A stretch of DNA of 64,000 nt from Phallusia mammillata (taxonomy: Eukaryota), in assembly GCA_965637545.1 (NCBI GenBank), contig OZ281495.1, forward strand, positions 22,816,001 to 22,880,000, written 5' to 3'. The notes under the pieces were generated by a model that saw only the letters and a program-made list of their open reading frames with translations, had not been told where the DNA came from and ran no database searches. The translations under genes and the position numbers were made by a program. This document shows positions 1 through 14,250 of the stretch, piece by piece (position 1 is the first letter of the stretch; the number at the start of each line of letters is the position of its first letter).

Positions 1-2
1 AG

Positions 3-3000
3 CACAAATCTGCAAGAACGGAAAAGTGTAAAGCTTTTTGTAATTTAGGCAAATGTTGCGAAGCGCTTGAGTTGTACGACGAGGCAGTAACAAATCATCA
101 GATTGCTTTAGACATTGCTAACGATCTTCGAAGTTTTCCGCTGATGGAGAAATCGCTTAAAGGCCTTGCGAGCACTCACCGACAGCTACATAAAGTCGAG
201 CAAGCCACACAGTTCTGTCAACAGAGATTGGCGGTATGTGAACGAATGGCACAGCCTTCACTAATTGCATCCGCATGCGGCGATCTCGCAGTCCTGCTAT
301 CTGAAACCCACAAGCATTTGGAAGCTATAGAACACCTAAAACGACAGATGAAGATAGGTGTTGACGCCAGCGACCAGAGCATCACCGCTGATGCAGCATG
401 TGGAATCGGAAGCGTTTATCAGGCCATGAGGGACTTTGATAATGCAGTGAATTTCCATAAGCTGGACCTGGAGATCTCACAGAAGAGCGACAATCAACCA
501 TGCCAGGGCAGAGCTCATGGCAACCTGGCCGCGGTGTATGAGCAAATGGGAAACCATGACGGTGCGATCGCCCATCAGGAACAACATTTGTTCATTGCAA
601 ACGAACAAAACGATGAGGTTGCCAAACAGATTGCTCTTTACGGGATCGGCAGGTATGTACAAATTGTGGCTTAATTTACCCTCTGTAGGAGCCAGAACGT
701 CTAAAACCATTGCAATCATTGTGAGCCTATCGTCGAGCTATTTTTTTCGCTGCTTTGCTTGACCATTTTTTGCATTCGTACAAGTTAAATTCTAAAATGA
801 ACATAAATTCAAAACTGGGATCAGCCCTGAAGCTTCCATATAGACCAGCGATCACGGCACACTCATATATACATCGATATAACGCCTTCAACGAGCCTGA
901 CGACTGCGAATTTAAATTCTGGCAACAAAATATCACACGAAACAAAGCTTGGTTTTGACATACCGAACTAATCATACACTCGTTTTTTTTGCAGAAACAC
1001 ACTTCTTCAAAGCAACGGTGACTATTCCCGGGCTGCTCTTCTCCTCCAGCAAGCAATGTTGCTCCACAACGATTCCACCAGCGTGGACCTCATTGTGAAA
1101 ACCCGTCATTATCTGGGAATTGCCATGCTTGCTTGTGGCAATCAAATATCAGCTACAGAACATCTGAAAAAGGCTGCAACTCTCGCCGAGGACACATGTT
1201 GGCAAATGCTTAGAGACTGGAATCCGCCCGACGATAATCTAAGCGCATATGATACAGAGTTAAACCTGTTTGAGACATTGAACATGTGTTATGCTTCTTT
1301 ACTGCACGTCTTGGTCAAGACTGGGCGACACGACGAAGCGTTGGAAATAGCTGAGAAACTGAAGTCTTTTACGGCAAAAATTTCCAACGCTGATCGGTCT
1401 GAAGTGCTAAAATCTACCACAGTAATGGAAATGAAAGCTTATTGCAAAGAACACAGAACTGTCATGTATTATGCCGCTGTCTGTTCAGGACACTTGTACC
1501 GATGGTTAATTACACCAGAAGGTGAATTGCTGCCTACAGAATGCGAACGTATCCTTAACGAAGATGCCACATGTGGCAACGTAATTCAGGCGCTTATTTT
1601 GGGTTTACGTCAAACACTGGGAGTTGAAAATGAAGAAATCGAAGAATCGAACTTAGAGGATAAAAACCTTGAAGTTAATTGTCTGAGCTTGTTTTCTAAA
1701 CTTCTCCAACTGCGAAGAAAATTCCACTGTTACTGCGATCATATTAAAACAAGCCAAGGTTTATTACTGTCTGATAACAACGCCAAGCAGTTTGATCACA
1801 AGTCTCCATATTACTCACTTTACGAATTGTTGTTCGGGGGATTTGATACCACTCTGCGCAAGTACATGAACGCTCAATCGCCGACTCCACTTAATCTTGT
1901 CATCGATGGCGACCTTATCCTCGTACCTTTCTGCATGATGAAAAAGCGACCAAGCGACCATTTTCTATCCGAAAACTTTCATTTGACCGCTGTTAATTCG
2001 TTCCATGACCTGACAACCGCTTCCTTTCATAACGACAACCTTGCAAACTACCAAAGAGGACTGGTAGTAGGCAATCCAACGTTACCTGCATCACTGCTCG
2101 ATCACGGTTGGATCCCGTCTCAAGCAGCAGACGAAGAGGCGAATCTGATTGGTGGAGTCCTACGGGTCGAGCCAATCACAGGGCGTTCGGCAAACAAGGA
2201 GGAAGTCATGGCTAAATGCGAAAGTGCCGAGGTTGTTCATTTTGCCTGCCACGTCACGTGGGGATGCCCTACTGGCGTAGTGTTGTGCAGCTCAACCCAG
2301 GACGACTCTGCGATCGGTGAAGTTGACGAGTTCTCTCTCGCAACACCAACTGGCGAGAAAACATCTCCAGTGTGTAAAACGATAGACTTATCAGACCACG
2401 TGCTTTCAGATACCGACATCCTGGCTTTAAACTTAAGCAAAGTTAAACTGGTCGTTCTCGGTTCGTCGTACCTATGTAAAACGCAAGGAACCGAAAGTCA
2501 TATCTCGAAACTTGCTTCGTCGGTAACCAGTCTTACCAGCGCTTTCTCCGTGGCGGGTGCGCGCACTTTGCTATTTTCAATGTGGCCGGTACCAGAGACT
2601 GCGTGGAAGTTAATAGCGCAGACGTTCTTTGCAAAGCTGTTGGACGGTATAACCACGTGCGAAGCGCTTGAGGCAGCGATGACAGCACTTCGAGACAGTC
2701 AGCAGTTCGGACACCCTTCCTACTGGGCTGGGTTTGTGCTGCTCGGCCCTGCAGCACGATTAAGTGAGATGGACCTTTCCACTATCAACGCGCTGTACTC
2801 GGTATTACAAGGCAGTGGTGTACATGCTCAGGGGGTGATCAAACTTATGAACCACTTGATCGGAAAGTCGCTAAAACGGGAAGCAGCAAACGACAACAAT
2901 AATTCCGTACCCATGTACACTTCACAGGTTAGTGACACAATATTTGTACAAGAAACTGTTGTGCAGTCTGACAACTTACTGCATAATATGATTATGCTCG

Positions 3001-5958
3001 CAAATACCCATGTGTTGTAACTTTTGTGAGGTTTTAATAGCTGTTATGTTTTGATTAACGCTTGATGTAGCAAAGATTACATGAGCGTAAAATATGTACA
3101 AGAAACTGTTGTGCAGTCTGACAAATAACTCACTTCAGCATAAGATTAGGCTTGCATTTTATGCGTTGTAAATTTTGTCAGGTATTAGTAGCTGCTATAT
3201 TTTGATTAATGCTTCATGTTCCTAAGGTCACTTAAGCGCAAGGTGCTTAGCTGTCCAAGTAATTAAACGTCTTCCTGTTATATGACAGGAAAGCGTAGCA
3301 GAGAAGCTACACGATGCTAAGGGTTGGAGGGAACTTTTCTCTGCTTCAGGTTTTGAACTTCGCGCAAGTTCCAACGGTTTACCGCCCGCCATATTTTTTC
3401 CACAACCTCATAACAACCATAACCTGGAGGTAGGGATAGACTATTTTGATATTTTGTCTGCAATCGATTGCTGGTAGATTGAAACAACAGCTTTGAAAGC
3501 TGTATTGCCGTAGTCTTAAACGTATATTGATTTGCACAGAGTATATCAAGCATGTTGAAGCCATTTCTTGAACTCCCTTCTGAGATATTGACCAGCCTTG
3601 GACAGTTGACGTTGTCACCCGGGGTAGCTAATGCATTGCTTAACTGGCTTCGTGCTGCCGTCTTGGCCCCGCTGAAGGAAAGCACAAAACCACTTACGCT
3701 ACTTAAGCAGATAAATGCCGATCTTCACATCGACCGAAACGTTTGGGAAAGCGACGGATGCAGTCAACTGCTTTCAAACCTTGGTACTTCTTGTGTATAT
3801 TTTTTTCAAGTTGGGATGAGTTGGATATATCATATACTGGTGATTTATTGTTATTGGGATATTTTGTATACGACAGGCATTCACATGACAACCGTACAAG
3901 AAGACACAGTGAACCTTTCAGTAAAACCAAACCTATCACTTGATGTTTTGTCAGCCGTAACTGAAGCGCTTCACATATTGTTCGGTGAGTCCACACAATC
4001 AAACCAGTTGTTTTCATGTCGCTAGTATTGTGCAGCAAATGGAGAACTAAAACTAAAACAAGTAGTTGATTTGTAGCACTATAAACATTTTTGTCTTTCA
4101 GCTTGGTCCCAAAAGTATTTATTTCAAGTTTAGTTTTTGTGTAAGTGGTTTAGCGTTTTTTTCACATTGTAGGAAGTTACTGTTCACGTGAAGGTGCCGA
4201 ATTAGCTGGTTATGAACAAACGAACGGCCACGACGAAAAAGATTCGCATGTTGCATACAAACCAAAGGTAAATATAATGCCCAGAAGCCAAGGCAAACTT
4301 TGTACAACCTGTTGCTTCCCGTGTTGTACTAAGCGCCTCCATTAACTAACCCCAATTTGATTTCAGGTCGCAAAAGTAATGCCACAGACCTCCAGGCCCT
4401 TGAGGCAGCGAATATCTACCACCCGGTTTCCCATCGCAATCGACTTCAATAGTTCGTATCAGTCGATTAGCACCAGTGAAGAAAGTTGGCATCAGCATGA
4501 CGGCATTGACAACAGCGCCTCACGTGGTGACTGTGGTATCCTCACTCTGGAGGAACCGAAAGTTTTTACCCAAGTACCAAGCGGCACTGGTTTAATCGTG
4601 CCCACTCCTGTGATGCCACAGGTATGCAGTGGAGCGTGTTAGCATTTTGGATTTTTCAGTTGTAGTACTGGGGATGGGCTAAAGCAGCAAATGATCTGTT
4701 TGGTCGAACACCGAGCATCTTACGCTAGTCACTAGTGCATGGTGCTCTGGCTGGCATGTTCGGTTTACTGTGACGTCACAAACTTTCCTAATTCTACCCT
4801 AGTTTTGTAGCTTTCCAAGGTCCCTCACGCCACCAACGGTGTATTATGCTGTACCTGCCCCAAAAGTACATTAAAAGCGTCGATGTTCGGTATTGAGTTC
4901 TCAGGTTCTGACTCGGTTCGGCCTATCCCTAGTAACAACCATGTTTTCTCCATGGCGTTTTCTCCCTAAACTGCAGTGTAAATGTTTTTTTCAACTGCAA
5001 ACTATTGCCTTTCTACCTTCAAAATGTACTAAACAACTTGACAGAATATTTTTTGCTTTAGAAATCTCCGCATGTGAGTCCGACCAAACTTTCATCACCC
5101 AGCGCATTTAGTCCGACCCGGAAGTTCCAGCACGCGTCCTCGTTCAACGACATAAACCAAGCATCGTTGCCCTCATTTCTTGCAGTCGCTTCTGATGAAC
5201 AACGCCGCGAGGTGTCGCCAGTCACCCCAAACTCACCTGGCAAAAGCCCGGGAGTCGGGCACTCAAATGTCGGCGCAATGTTCTACCAAGCTTCGAGAGG
5301 TCATGATCCAAAGGTTTGTGTGGTTAACCCAACGCCTGGAGAGCAACAGAAGCAGCCCACTTCGCGTAAGTCTGAAGAAAGATTTATGACGGTCTTCGAG
5401 GATATGCTTGTACGTAAATCCTCGCAATCTTCTTCAGGCCGCAAAGGCTCGCTTACAGAATCTGTCAGCTCTATTAACTCTGTAAACAAGATCCAAAAGC
5501 CTCCTAAACGTGAAACAGAGCATGGATACAAACCGAGTCGAAGCGCAGCCAGCACTCTCAACTCGTACTCGCCACAGCGGGAGTACAGCGATATTGTGGA
5601 TCAGCTTTCCCAAGCCCGCATAACACCCGGTTTAACCCAAGACCTCACACACACTCACACCGCGTACCGTATCGTAAACACACCACACAGTGGCGCTAAA
5701 CAAGCACCAAAAGTGCAAGCTTACAAGGTGGAAACAGTTTTTACTCCGATCTCCACTGAAACATCACTTATAGGGGACCCCAACCGTCTTACTGCCTCTG
5801 CGTCGTTTTCTGGTATTGGAAAGCAACAGGGAGGTGCCAAATCGCCAGCGCGGTCGGTGCCATCGGCTTCATCGCCCTCGTCGAGGTCAGACATTTTTCA
5901 GCATTTATCGACGATGAGTAAAGATGACAACGCCGATGAGAGAGTCGAATTTGTTTGA
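3..5958 (+). CDS. TTC28: TTC28-like TPR-repeat + CHAT-domain protein (5' end outside window; multi-exon)
   Basis: Frame is open from the window start with TPR repeats (e.g. QGRAHGNLAAVYEQMG, AACGIGSVYQAM). Phase-consistent exons: 3-652, 995-2927 (CHAT motifs LVIDGDLILVPF, VHFACH, GARTLLFSMWPV, HPSYWAGFVLLG), about 3290-3430 (GWRELFSASGF..LPPAIFFP), about 3540-3782, about 3875-3985, about 4172-4267, 4368-4621, 5062-5958 (Ser/Pro-rich tail, TGA). The post-CHAT segment ..KSLKR..PMYTSQ|ESV.. matches the TTC28 C-terminal region as I recall it. Confidence 0.85.
2940..3243. repeat. Diverged tandem duplication, unit about 150 bp, intronic in TTC28
   Basis: TGTACAAGAAACTGTTGTGCAGTCTGACAA occurs at about 2945 and about 3096. 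The downstream sequences stay alignable (TGTTGTAACTTTTGTGAGG / CGTTGTAAATTTTGTCAGG; TTTTGATTAACGCTT / TTTTGATTAATGCTT). Confidence 0.85.
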
Positions 5959-7327
5959 GACATTTTTAAGGGAATTTTTTGGAGTGGAACATGCCTGTAT
6001 GTTAAAATTACACTTTTGATTGCAACAGTATTTTTTACCATATTTTAATCCAGTGTATTTATTTTTAGATATCAAAGCAAAAAGCTTGGTGACCTGCTTA
6101 CAATATTATCTAAAACCTATTCGTTGGTCATTGCTTTGAGTTTTGTAGCTTGCATTGCGCGTTTTATCATCACATTGCCGTGGTTATCAGTTTGTAGCAA
6201 CATGCTGTCTACTAACTCCCATATATATCTACCTCTTGTAGGACGTAAATTTAAACCATTGCACTGTGTGGTGCTTCTCCTAAACCTAAGGCTTCATTTT
6301 TTCAGACTTAGGTTTTTATTCGGAACTATTTTGTCACTGTGACGACAATTTGAGAAAAGTAAAAATATCACTGTCTGTGTAACGCTATCACGATTTTAGA
6401 CAATAACCACCTGTAAATGAACAAAGTTTAAATGGGCTTTATTTTTACGTTTGCTGCAATTGCGTTTGTTGCATTGTATTTTCTTGCCTATTAATTTTCG
6501 TACTATATTATTTTTTTAATTTTCTCTTTTTCTTATGCTATGAAAATTTGTACACATAAACTTCAGTTTCACTTCAAGTTTTCCGTTTTAAAGAAATATA
6601 AATATGTTTTATTGTATGTTGTCAGAAGATGATTTTATGATGAACTTGAATTACCAAATCTAGCAGTGTCAAACTTTTAAAATTTTAGCTGAAAAGTTCC
6701 AGCGTAAAAAGTTTCAGTGAAAGGTTTTGCCTTCGAAATATTGCCCTTAAGCTGTCTTTCTGTTTAGGGAATTATGACTTCAAATTCTGTGTGAATAACA
6801 ACATTGTTTTAGATTCCCGCGAACAAGATAAATTATTGTCGCATGGTGGTGCTATGGAGCAATCAGCTGTTCGCCGGCGTTTCTATGACATCACAGTGTC
6901 ATCGACGCGGAACGATAGTTCCCCTAACGTGATACTTGGAGATTTGGCAGAATGTTTACAGTGCAGCGCCAGGGTGTACAAGTAGTTTCGGCAGGTCGAA
7001 GTATTTGGTCATGATTTACATATTCTAAGGTTAAACATGATTTGGGTTGTTATGTGAAAACTGTTCAACTATGTAAATTAATTTAAAATGTTAATGTTGT
7101 TGTTGTGAGGAAAATGCCATGTCAGTAAGACATTAATTTCAGCTACAGTTTATGTGTTTGTTTTTTGTGCCTAAAACTTTGTAATTTACAGCCTATTTGA
7201 TAAAATGTTTAAGACTGTTGTAAATACTGGAATGTCATTTTAGCTCTTGTATTTATTAGATTAGCTTAAAAATTTGACACCACCTTCTTCTCAAGGCAAA
7301 ATAAGATGACTTGTCATAATTCAAGGA

Positions 7328-10300
7328 ATGTCTTATGAAACCAAAATGCCAACAAGCTTTGCTGATATTATTTCTTTTTGCAATGACACTCAATCTGAAA
7401 GAGGTAAGTCATTTTTCATTTAAATTAACTTCACATTATTCAGTTGCATGCTTGATGTTAATATCAAAAAATGATTGTTATAACAAATATATAATATATT
7501 CGTCACTTGTATTTTATTTAATACGTGTTTTAATAAAACATTTTGTGTTGCAATAAAGAACACACAAAATCAGATTATTTTGTGTGTATAAATACAGAAT
7601 TTAGTGAGTTTCTTTACTCTGCAATCTTAATTATATATTCTCACCAACTGACCATATTTTGGAAAATATATTGTGCTAAAACCAAAGTTCGTTCACAAAC
7701 CCTTGCATTGCTCATTTAACACTGTTCATAATTATCAATGTGATAATTGTGCATGTTTTGTATCTACTAACCCATTTGCATGGCTAGGTCATAGTCCCAT
7801 TACTAACCGAAATGAAATTGGTTTGGAAACCATGAGTCTTCGATCAAAAAGTCCAACAAACTATGTGCTTGATAAGCGATATGCTTCACCTATTGACAAA
7901 GAGGCACATGAGCTTTCAGCACGCAAGCGACATGCCATTTTAAACACATCAGGTATGAGTTTAAAAAAGAGCCCGCAAAAATGTTCTTCAAACTTGCAAC
8001 ATAGTTTAAAGTTGTAAACATAAATATATTATTGTGCATGATAATGACACATTTTCGATTACTCAGGTATTTAAGTGAATAACTGAAACATGCATTTTGC
8101 TACATGTTGTGTGTTGGCTACTTCTGAGAGGCAATTCTGTTAGAATTGTGCCTTGACATTAGTCATGTTATGTTTTAAAAATGTGATCCCATTTATTAAG
8201 ATCACATTGTTGAGGTGTGGTTTGTGTCAAGTAACCTCAAATTGTAATGCATTGTTCTGTCCATGGCTTGTTTTATGGTTTATTTTGTTATTTGTTTGCA
8301 GAAAAGAACTGGAAAGTTGACCTCCGAAGTAAAATAGAAACAGACTTAACAGACCAAGTGCAACAGGCATTAGCACCAGTTTTAGGCCCAAAACAGAAAG
8401 AAAGAAAAAAGAACGAACGTCAAAAGAATCTACAGGTGAAATACCTGTTTAGTTACTATGAAGTGCCGAAATTGGTTGATTATAAACTCAATGTGTACAA
8501 GCCACTTGACATGCTATGATTGCTAAGTGCTACCGACCGCACATGGGGTATACTGCTTGATCATACTTTGGCACGTACAGAAACAGCCTAACATGTTTTC
8601 GGTGAAAGAGAATACAGGCACTAGCAGCCATTATTCAATGTAGCCATTCTTCGGCGTAACAAGCTTTGTTCGTTTTTCCACCCCTTTCACCTTATCAATA
8701 GAAGTAGGAGGTGGTGGTGCAGTTTTGTAGCGTGCTCGTCCCTTATTGTGCGCCGGTCCCTGAAAAGCTTAATACACTGTCATCCGAGTAGTCCTGGAGG
8801 TCACTCCAACAACTTTGACGTGCGCAGCGTGACTGCTGTGTCGGACACAATAGAATCACAGCCAATTATGCGGCCTGGACCGGCACCCGTTTATAAATCA
8901 TATGATATGTACCTCTTATATAAACTTTAAACTCTGCCAATGTCAGAAAAAAATACCTGTCTACAGAAAGAAGTAATATAATATATCCGATTTGCTGAAC
9001 AACGTACCTTAGGAAGTAAATTTGTGGAATCGAAGTAAATCCGGTTTCACGGTTTGTCCATATTCGATGCTCAAGCACTTTTAGACCTCCACATGTGTTA
9101 AGACCAACGGGGTTTCTTCTTTTACTCTGTACATAGTGACGTTAGGGGTCTCGACTGGCATAACAAGCAAAAGTCTTACGAAACCAGAATATTATCAAAA
9201 AATACACAATTATGACTTTTTGTGGATTTTATCTAGAAAGATAAAGAGATTCCCAACTGTTTTCACTTCACATTGACAGCAAACTATAGGATCCAACATT
9301 TTCTATTTAACCACAATTCGTCATTGCAGACGATGAAGTTAGGCAACTTCTACCAGCACAAAATTTCTCCACGATTTTCGTTCGAAGCCAACCAATCCGA
9401 AAGCAGCAAGGGCGGAGGCTTCAAATATATTGACGTAAACTATCTGCCCGGAAACCGAATGGTTGGAGGAGGAACCGGCTCATATATGTCTAAGGATTTT
9501 AAAGACATGGTCCCGAGGTCCCTGGCCAATCTCCGGCTTCCGAGGAGGAATGGTCTTCACTCGCATGGTATGTCACGACCAAACAATCTATTTGTGTGTG
9601 TTTTTTGACAAAAGGAGATTTGATATGAAATAAATATGAGAAGACATTTGATTGCGTAGCAGTGAAAAATGTTTAGATTTTGCAGAATCTGAATCATTAC
9701 TATTCACGAACTTTGTGTTGCAATTAACACCACAAAGCATTTTAATTTTTTGTGTATATGCAGAATTTAGTGAGTTTCTTTTTTGCGCAAATTTAACTTT
9801 ATATTCTTGACAGTTCATAATTATTTATCTATTATTTAGCAACCAGGGAATGCATCACATACTCAAAACTGTCATTTTCTACTACTCCAGGGCCTGTGGA
9901 GTACCTACATAATAGTCAAATACAAATATGGCATTTTTAGACAAAATTTCCTACATTATCAAAGGAACTCATATCCAAGATTTGTATGACTATGCTGAAC
10001 ATTTCTTATTTCTCATGTTAAATATATTATATTTATATTTGTACAACGACTTAGTTCGTACTTTTTATATCAGCAATATATGGGTTGGAGGAGTTGGCAA
10101 GAGCTCAAAAACACGCAACCAACATCCGCGGTGGGCTTGACGTCACTCTGCTAGATGGGAACCGATCTAATTTCAATTTCCTTAACCTGCCTAGGCAAGA
10201 TGCTGTAAACGGTCTCAGGTAATATTCGTCAACAGATTGGTCATTTGATAGACATAGAATAGCGTTTACTAAACAACCAACGCGTATGTGATCCGCGTGT

Positions 10301-13300
10301 ATTGGAAGACTTCGTTTTTTATTGTTCTCTGTTTGTCAAAGGTTTTGTAAAAGAAAAGAGTCCGATTCGCAAGAAGGAAATTTTACCGCACTTTGGGTTC
10401 AAAATATAGTTGAGGTTCCTGGCAATACAGTTTTTAATGAGTTTTAAAAACCTTGTATTTGGTCAATGTACTTTGCATTTACATGTAAAGATATTCTACA
10501 GTTTGTAAACCCATTGTACTACACATTTCCAGTATATCTTTAGGCCTATTCTTGATTTATACTCGTGTATAACATATGTGACGCACTGTCAGTTATACTA
10601 TATAGTGTAGATTCTTTGACGAAAATTGACTTGCTTTTTGGTTCGAATGAAATAAAACAACACAGATTACATACGGCAAACCTTTTGTCATTTTATAGGT
10701 GATAAATCTATTTACATTTGCAGACCCTTGCTGCCGAATGCTATTACATACAACGGAATGAGTATGCCAAACTACGGTTTAAACCGGCGCTGTTTTCAGG
10801 TACGGTTGTGTTCTTATTACATTCGTTGTTTTGGTCGCGTTTTCTGTACGAACAATTAGGCTTACACTGTTTGTATATTATGAATGTGCTGCATTATGTA
10901 TCCCGTATATCATAAACCTCTGTTTAAGGTGCATTTACATTTTAGAAAAAGTCGCCCATCTAGTCTTGTCTAATCAAATAGTAAATACCTGTTTAAGTTA
11001 TGCTGCAGGTCGCTACAATCCTTATGTATGTTATTACAAACTGCTGGGCCATCAGCGTACCTTAACACCTACATTTATCATTGAAGTGTGTCCCGTTATC
11101 ATCTGGAATGTTGTAATTTGACTACTTAATATAGCTCAGTGTATTCGCGTTCAGTACGTGCACCTTGAAAAGGGAATCACACACCCTGTGTACCGAACCG
11201 AACCACAACTTTTACACCATGACACTCGTCCCCACTATGTCAACATTCGACAGGCTATTGTAACCATGACTTGTCTCGATTAACGTTGATTTATGGGCTT
11301 GGTGTTGTTAATGTGCAAACCTTTGGAAGGGTGTGACAAGTATCGGCTTTGTTGGAAGCTAATGCTCTTTAAAACTGCTTACGGTACAATTTGTAGCCAA
11401 AAATGTTACTGGAAGAACAACAAAAATACAGAAATGTACAAGTTATAAGCGGGCCAAATATTTTAAACCGAACCTAAATATACTAGCCCGCACACAGCAC
11501 GAAACCGAAAATTTATTTAAGTTAAATTTGCATGTAGATCTACATAAAGAACTGTGCCTGTATGCAGCAAATCAATACATAAGTTGCGTGCAAGCACAGC
11601 ATACGTTCTAAAAAGTGAAATTATGGTTAAAAAATGAACTGATGCAGAGTATGGGTTTGAGCCGAAATCTCCGCTTAGGTAAAAACTCATATAACTTAAA
11701 TAACTAGGTGTAAATGATGTCATAATTAAAGAAACTATTAAAACTGAGAAATTCCTGGGACTGTATGGTATATATGGTAACAAGTTTTTTTGGTATTTTT
11801 TAATAGTTGATGTTATTTTTTAATAGTCGTTATTATCAGTGCTAATTCAAGCAAATATTCAGATATCACACGAATCTTGCGTTTGCAACAAAATGGATTT
11901 GCTGCAAATCAATTTAATTTATTTCCTGTCGAATGGGAAACAATAACAACTCTAGAATCATGGCCATTGTCAAATACATCTTGGCCAAACAAACCAGTTC
12001 CGATGTGAACCGTTTGTCATTTTGTGTGTTTACGTTAAAAAGGATTCTTCATTTTGCATTTGTATCGAGTCTAATGTTTATTGATACACGGCGGCGTTGT
12101 AAGTTCTGGATCGATGTGGGCTCGCCGAGCAGAAGCGGCCTGTTGACGCTCGTGTTGTTACAACGCAACTACGCTCAATAGGATTACGATTATCTGAATA
12201 AACACTGATCCCAATCACTTAACCGGCAAGATTTTGGTCGCCACATTCCACTTTGTCGCTAGGTGGCAATACAGAGACATTTTTAGGGCATTTCTACATT
12301 TGTGAAAACTTCAAATGTATTGTGCTTACCTTATTAGGTAATCTTTGATGTACTTACGTGAAAGTTTTCGTGCATACAGATGTACACCAAGGATGGAATG
12401 AACAGCGTTCTAAACTCCAGGTCGCGAAGATGTAAACTTACACACCTCGGTCATGGCAAGTACATGGACAAGCGCGGAGTGGTAATGAGTCGACTCGGAC
12501 CTTTTTGGCCACAAGGATACGGCCCCGTTTGTCAGTGTCCGGAGTAAGTTACAATTTTCAGAGTAAACAGTCAATATGCTAACCACTATTACTTAGCATG
12601 TGGAAAAAACTTTTCATTGTAAACAGCGTTTTGTGTCTGAGGGAAATACATTAGAGTCGCGTCTGTGCACAAGCCAAACTTTACCTTGCGATTCCCACGG
12701 TTAACTCGTATCGTGTTGCAGGTTAAGGACGACTTGTCCGAAACAAGAAAACCTTGGGACTGAATACGGTAAGCCCCAACACATTTCTTTACTATAAACT
12801 ACTCTTGTATTTCAGTTCGCTCCTGTAATTTTCGGTGTCAATTAGCATCTTTGCTCCCTATCATATAGTACCCCAACCCCAGGCATGTATTCGTCCCAAA
12901 ACGGAAATGTTTATCATCGAAACGTGTTTGTCTTGACATAAAAGCCCCTTTACGCACAATGTATTTCGAGTAAATCAATGAATAATTAATAAGCTATGTG
13001 TTCTGAATTAAGCTCCAAGTAATCTGACATTTATGCGGTATCCGGTTTGACCACCTGTTTAACGCGTCATGGGTTGTACAAGAGAGGTTTTCCACTTTAT
13101 ACGTTGTGTAGAACTGAACGTAACACGCAATGTTAAACCACGAATAGTATTTAAATTCCAAAATTCTGCGAAACTATTGCCCTTTACCAGTCACCGTCAA
13201 GAACTTATTTTTCTGCAATTTTTTGCAACGTTTTGTCGTTGGTTGCTGTACGAAAATGCATTCTCTTTTTCTTTTCGCTCCTCCCCCGTGATTTCTCACT

Positions 13301-13531
13301 TTTCTCTTTATCGTTTGGCGACAAGTGCCACTCGTGTCATCTTGAACCATTCACACCCGCGTTTCGGCAACAGTTGGATCCAAGGGACTACGACAACGGT
13401 TGGGACGCGCTGTGTTTTGCTTTATAACAGAACGCTCCTCGAATCGCAGTGAAACTTTCCAATCTCGGAATCTGGTTACCATGGCGGGCATTGGAGCGTG
13501 TCGATGGCTTGTTATTAACGAGCTCTCGTAG
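7328..13531 (+). CDS. Unrecognised multi-exon protein-coding gene (220 aa if it ends at 9940; about 341 aa if it ends at 13531)
   Basis: Manually chained GT-AG exons keep one open frame: 7328-7403, 7788-7952, 8302-8435, 9330-9567, then either terminal exon 9891-9940, or 10699-10799, 12380-12543, 12722-12768, 13431-13531. Protein begins MSYETKMPTSFADIISF..; later ..KNWKVDLRSKIETDLTDQVQQ.. and ..GVVMSRLGPFWPQGYGPVCQCP... I do not recognise a family. Confidence 0.5.
7562..9825. repeat. Pair of dispersed intronic direct repeats of about 90-100 bp (about 7562-7660 and about 9730-9825)
   Basis: Shared core TTTTGTGT..ATA(AA)T(A/G)CAGAATTTAGTGAGTTTCTTT..GCAA..TTAA..TTATATTCT at both sites. Confidence 0.7.
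10138..10199 (+). promoter_or_regulatory. Candidate internal promoter: CRE (TGACGTCA) plus X-box-like palindrome
   Basis: TGACGTCA at 10138-10145 and CCTGCCTAGGCAAG at 10186-10199, followed by a 5' splice site (ctcag|gtaata, about 10219). Motif match only. Confidence 0.3.
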
Positions 13532-14250
13532 GATTGTCATAACCCATTAGCAGAAATTGTTTTTGGAATTGGGAGTTAGGAGTGGTTGAGGTATCAAGTT
13601 GAAAAGGGCGTTAGATCTCGATGAAGTTAAAAGTGTGTGGTAAAATAAACGCAGTAGCAAGTGACAATTACTATTTATGTGTAACTAGGCCTCAAGCTCC
13701 CCGAAATGTGTTGATCAAAGCTCAGGCGAAAGTTTTTGAAAGAAGTTGCATTTGTCAGACGCTTGTTTTACCTTTTGTACAGACAGCAGGAATAAGGTGC
13801 TTAAAATGTGAAGACAATAGTTTTTTGGGATGCGCAGTAAACATGAATTCTTTGGAAAAGTCGTGCAGAGGACCAGTAAGAGCTTCTCCATGCGGTCACG
13901 TGAACCTCAACCGTTCTGCGCTGCCAAGGCTACATCAGCAAGGAGTTTGCAAGCATATTACTAATGGTAGAAAATCATGTGACCACAGAAAGAAAACTCC
14001 GACGATTTTATACGACGCCCCCATTACCAGATTCCGTGTTATATCAGGCTTCAACCATCAAACAGATCAACATGCAAACAAAAAGCCTTCTCGGTCAAGC
14101 CAGCAGCAACTCAGGGCTCGAACTAACGAGCAGCGCTTAAACGAAGTCCGCTCGCAATGGATTCCCCAGCTGCTAGCAAACCGGGGGATTGGCTTTGACA
14201 AAACTTTTCCCACGAACCATTTGCATCGGCGCAGTCGCTTCTGGCCTACA

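Noticed and set aside
6768-7030. Exon-like segment with a 64-aa ORF from a non-ATG start
   Set aside because: It does not join in frame to neighbouring genes; more likely UTR or non-coding.
13621-14250. 5' part of the 276-aa ORF-track entry as AGBL coding sequence
   Set aside because: No family similarity before about 14250; probably intron or UTR read-through of an open frame.
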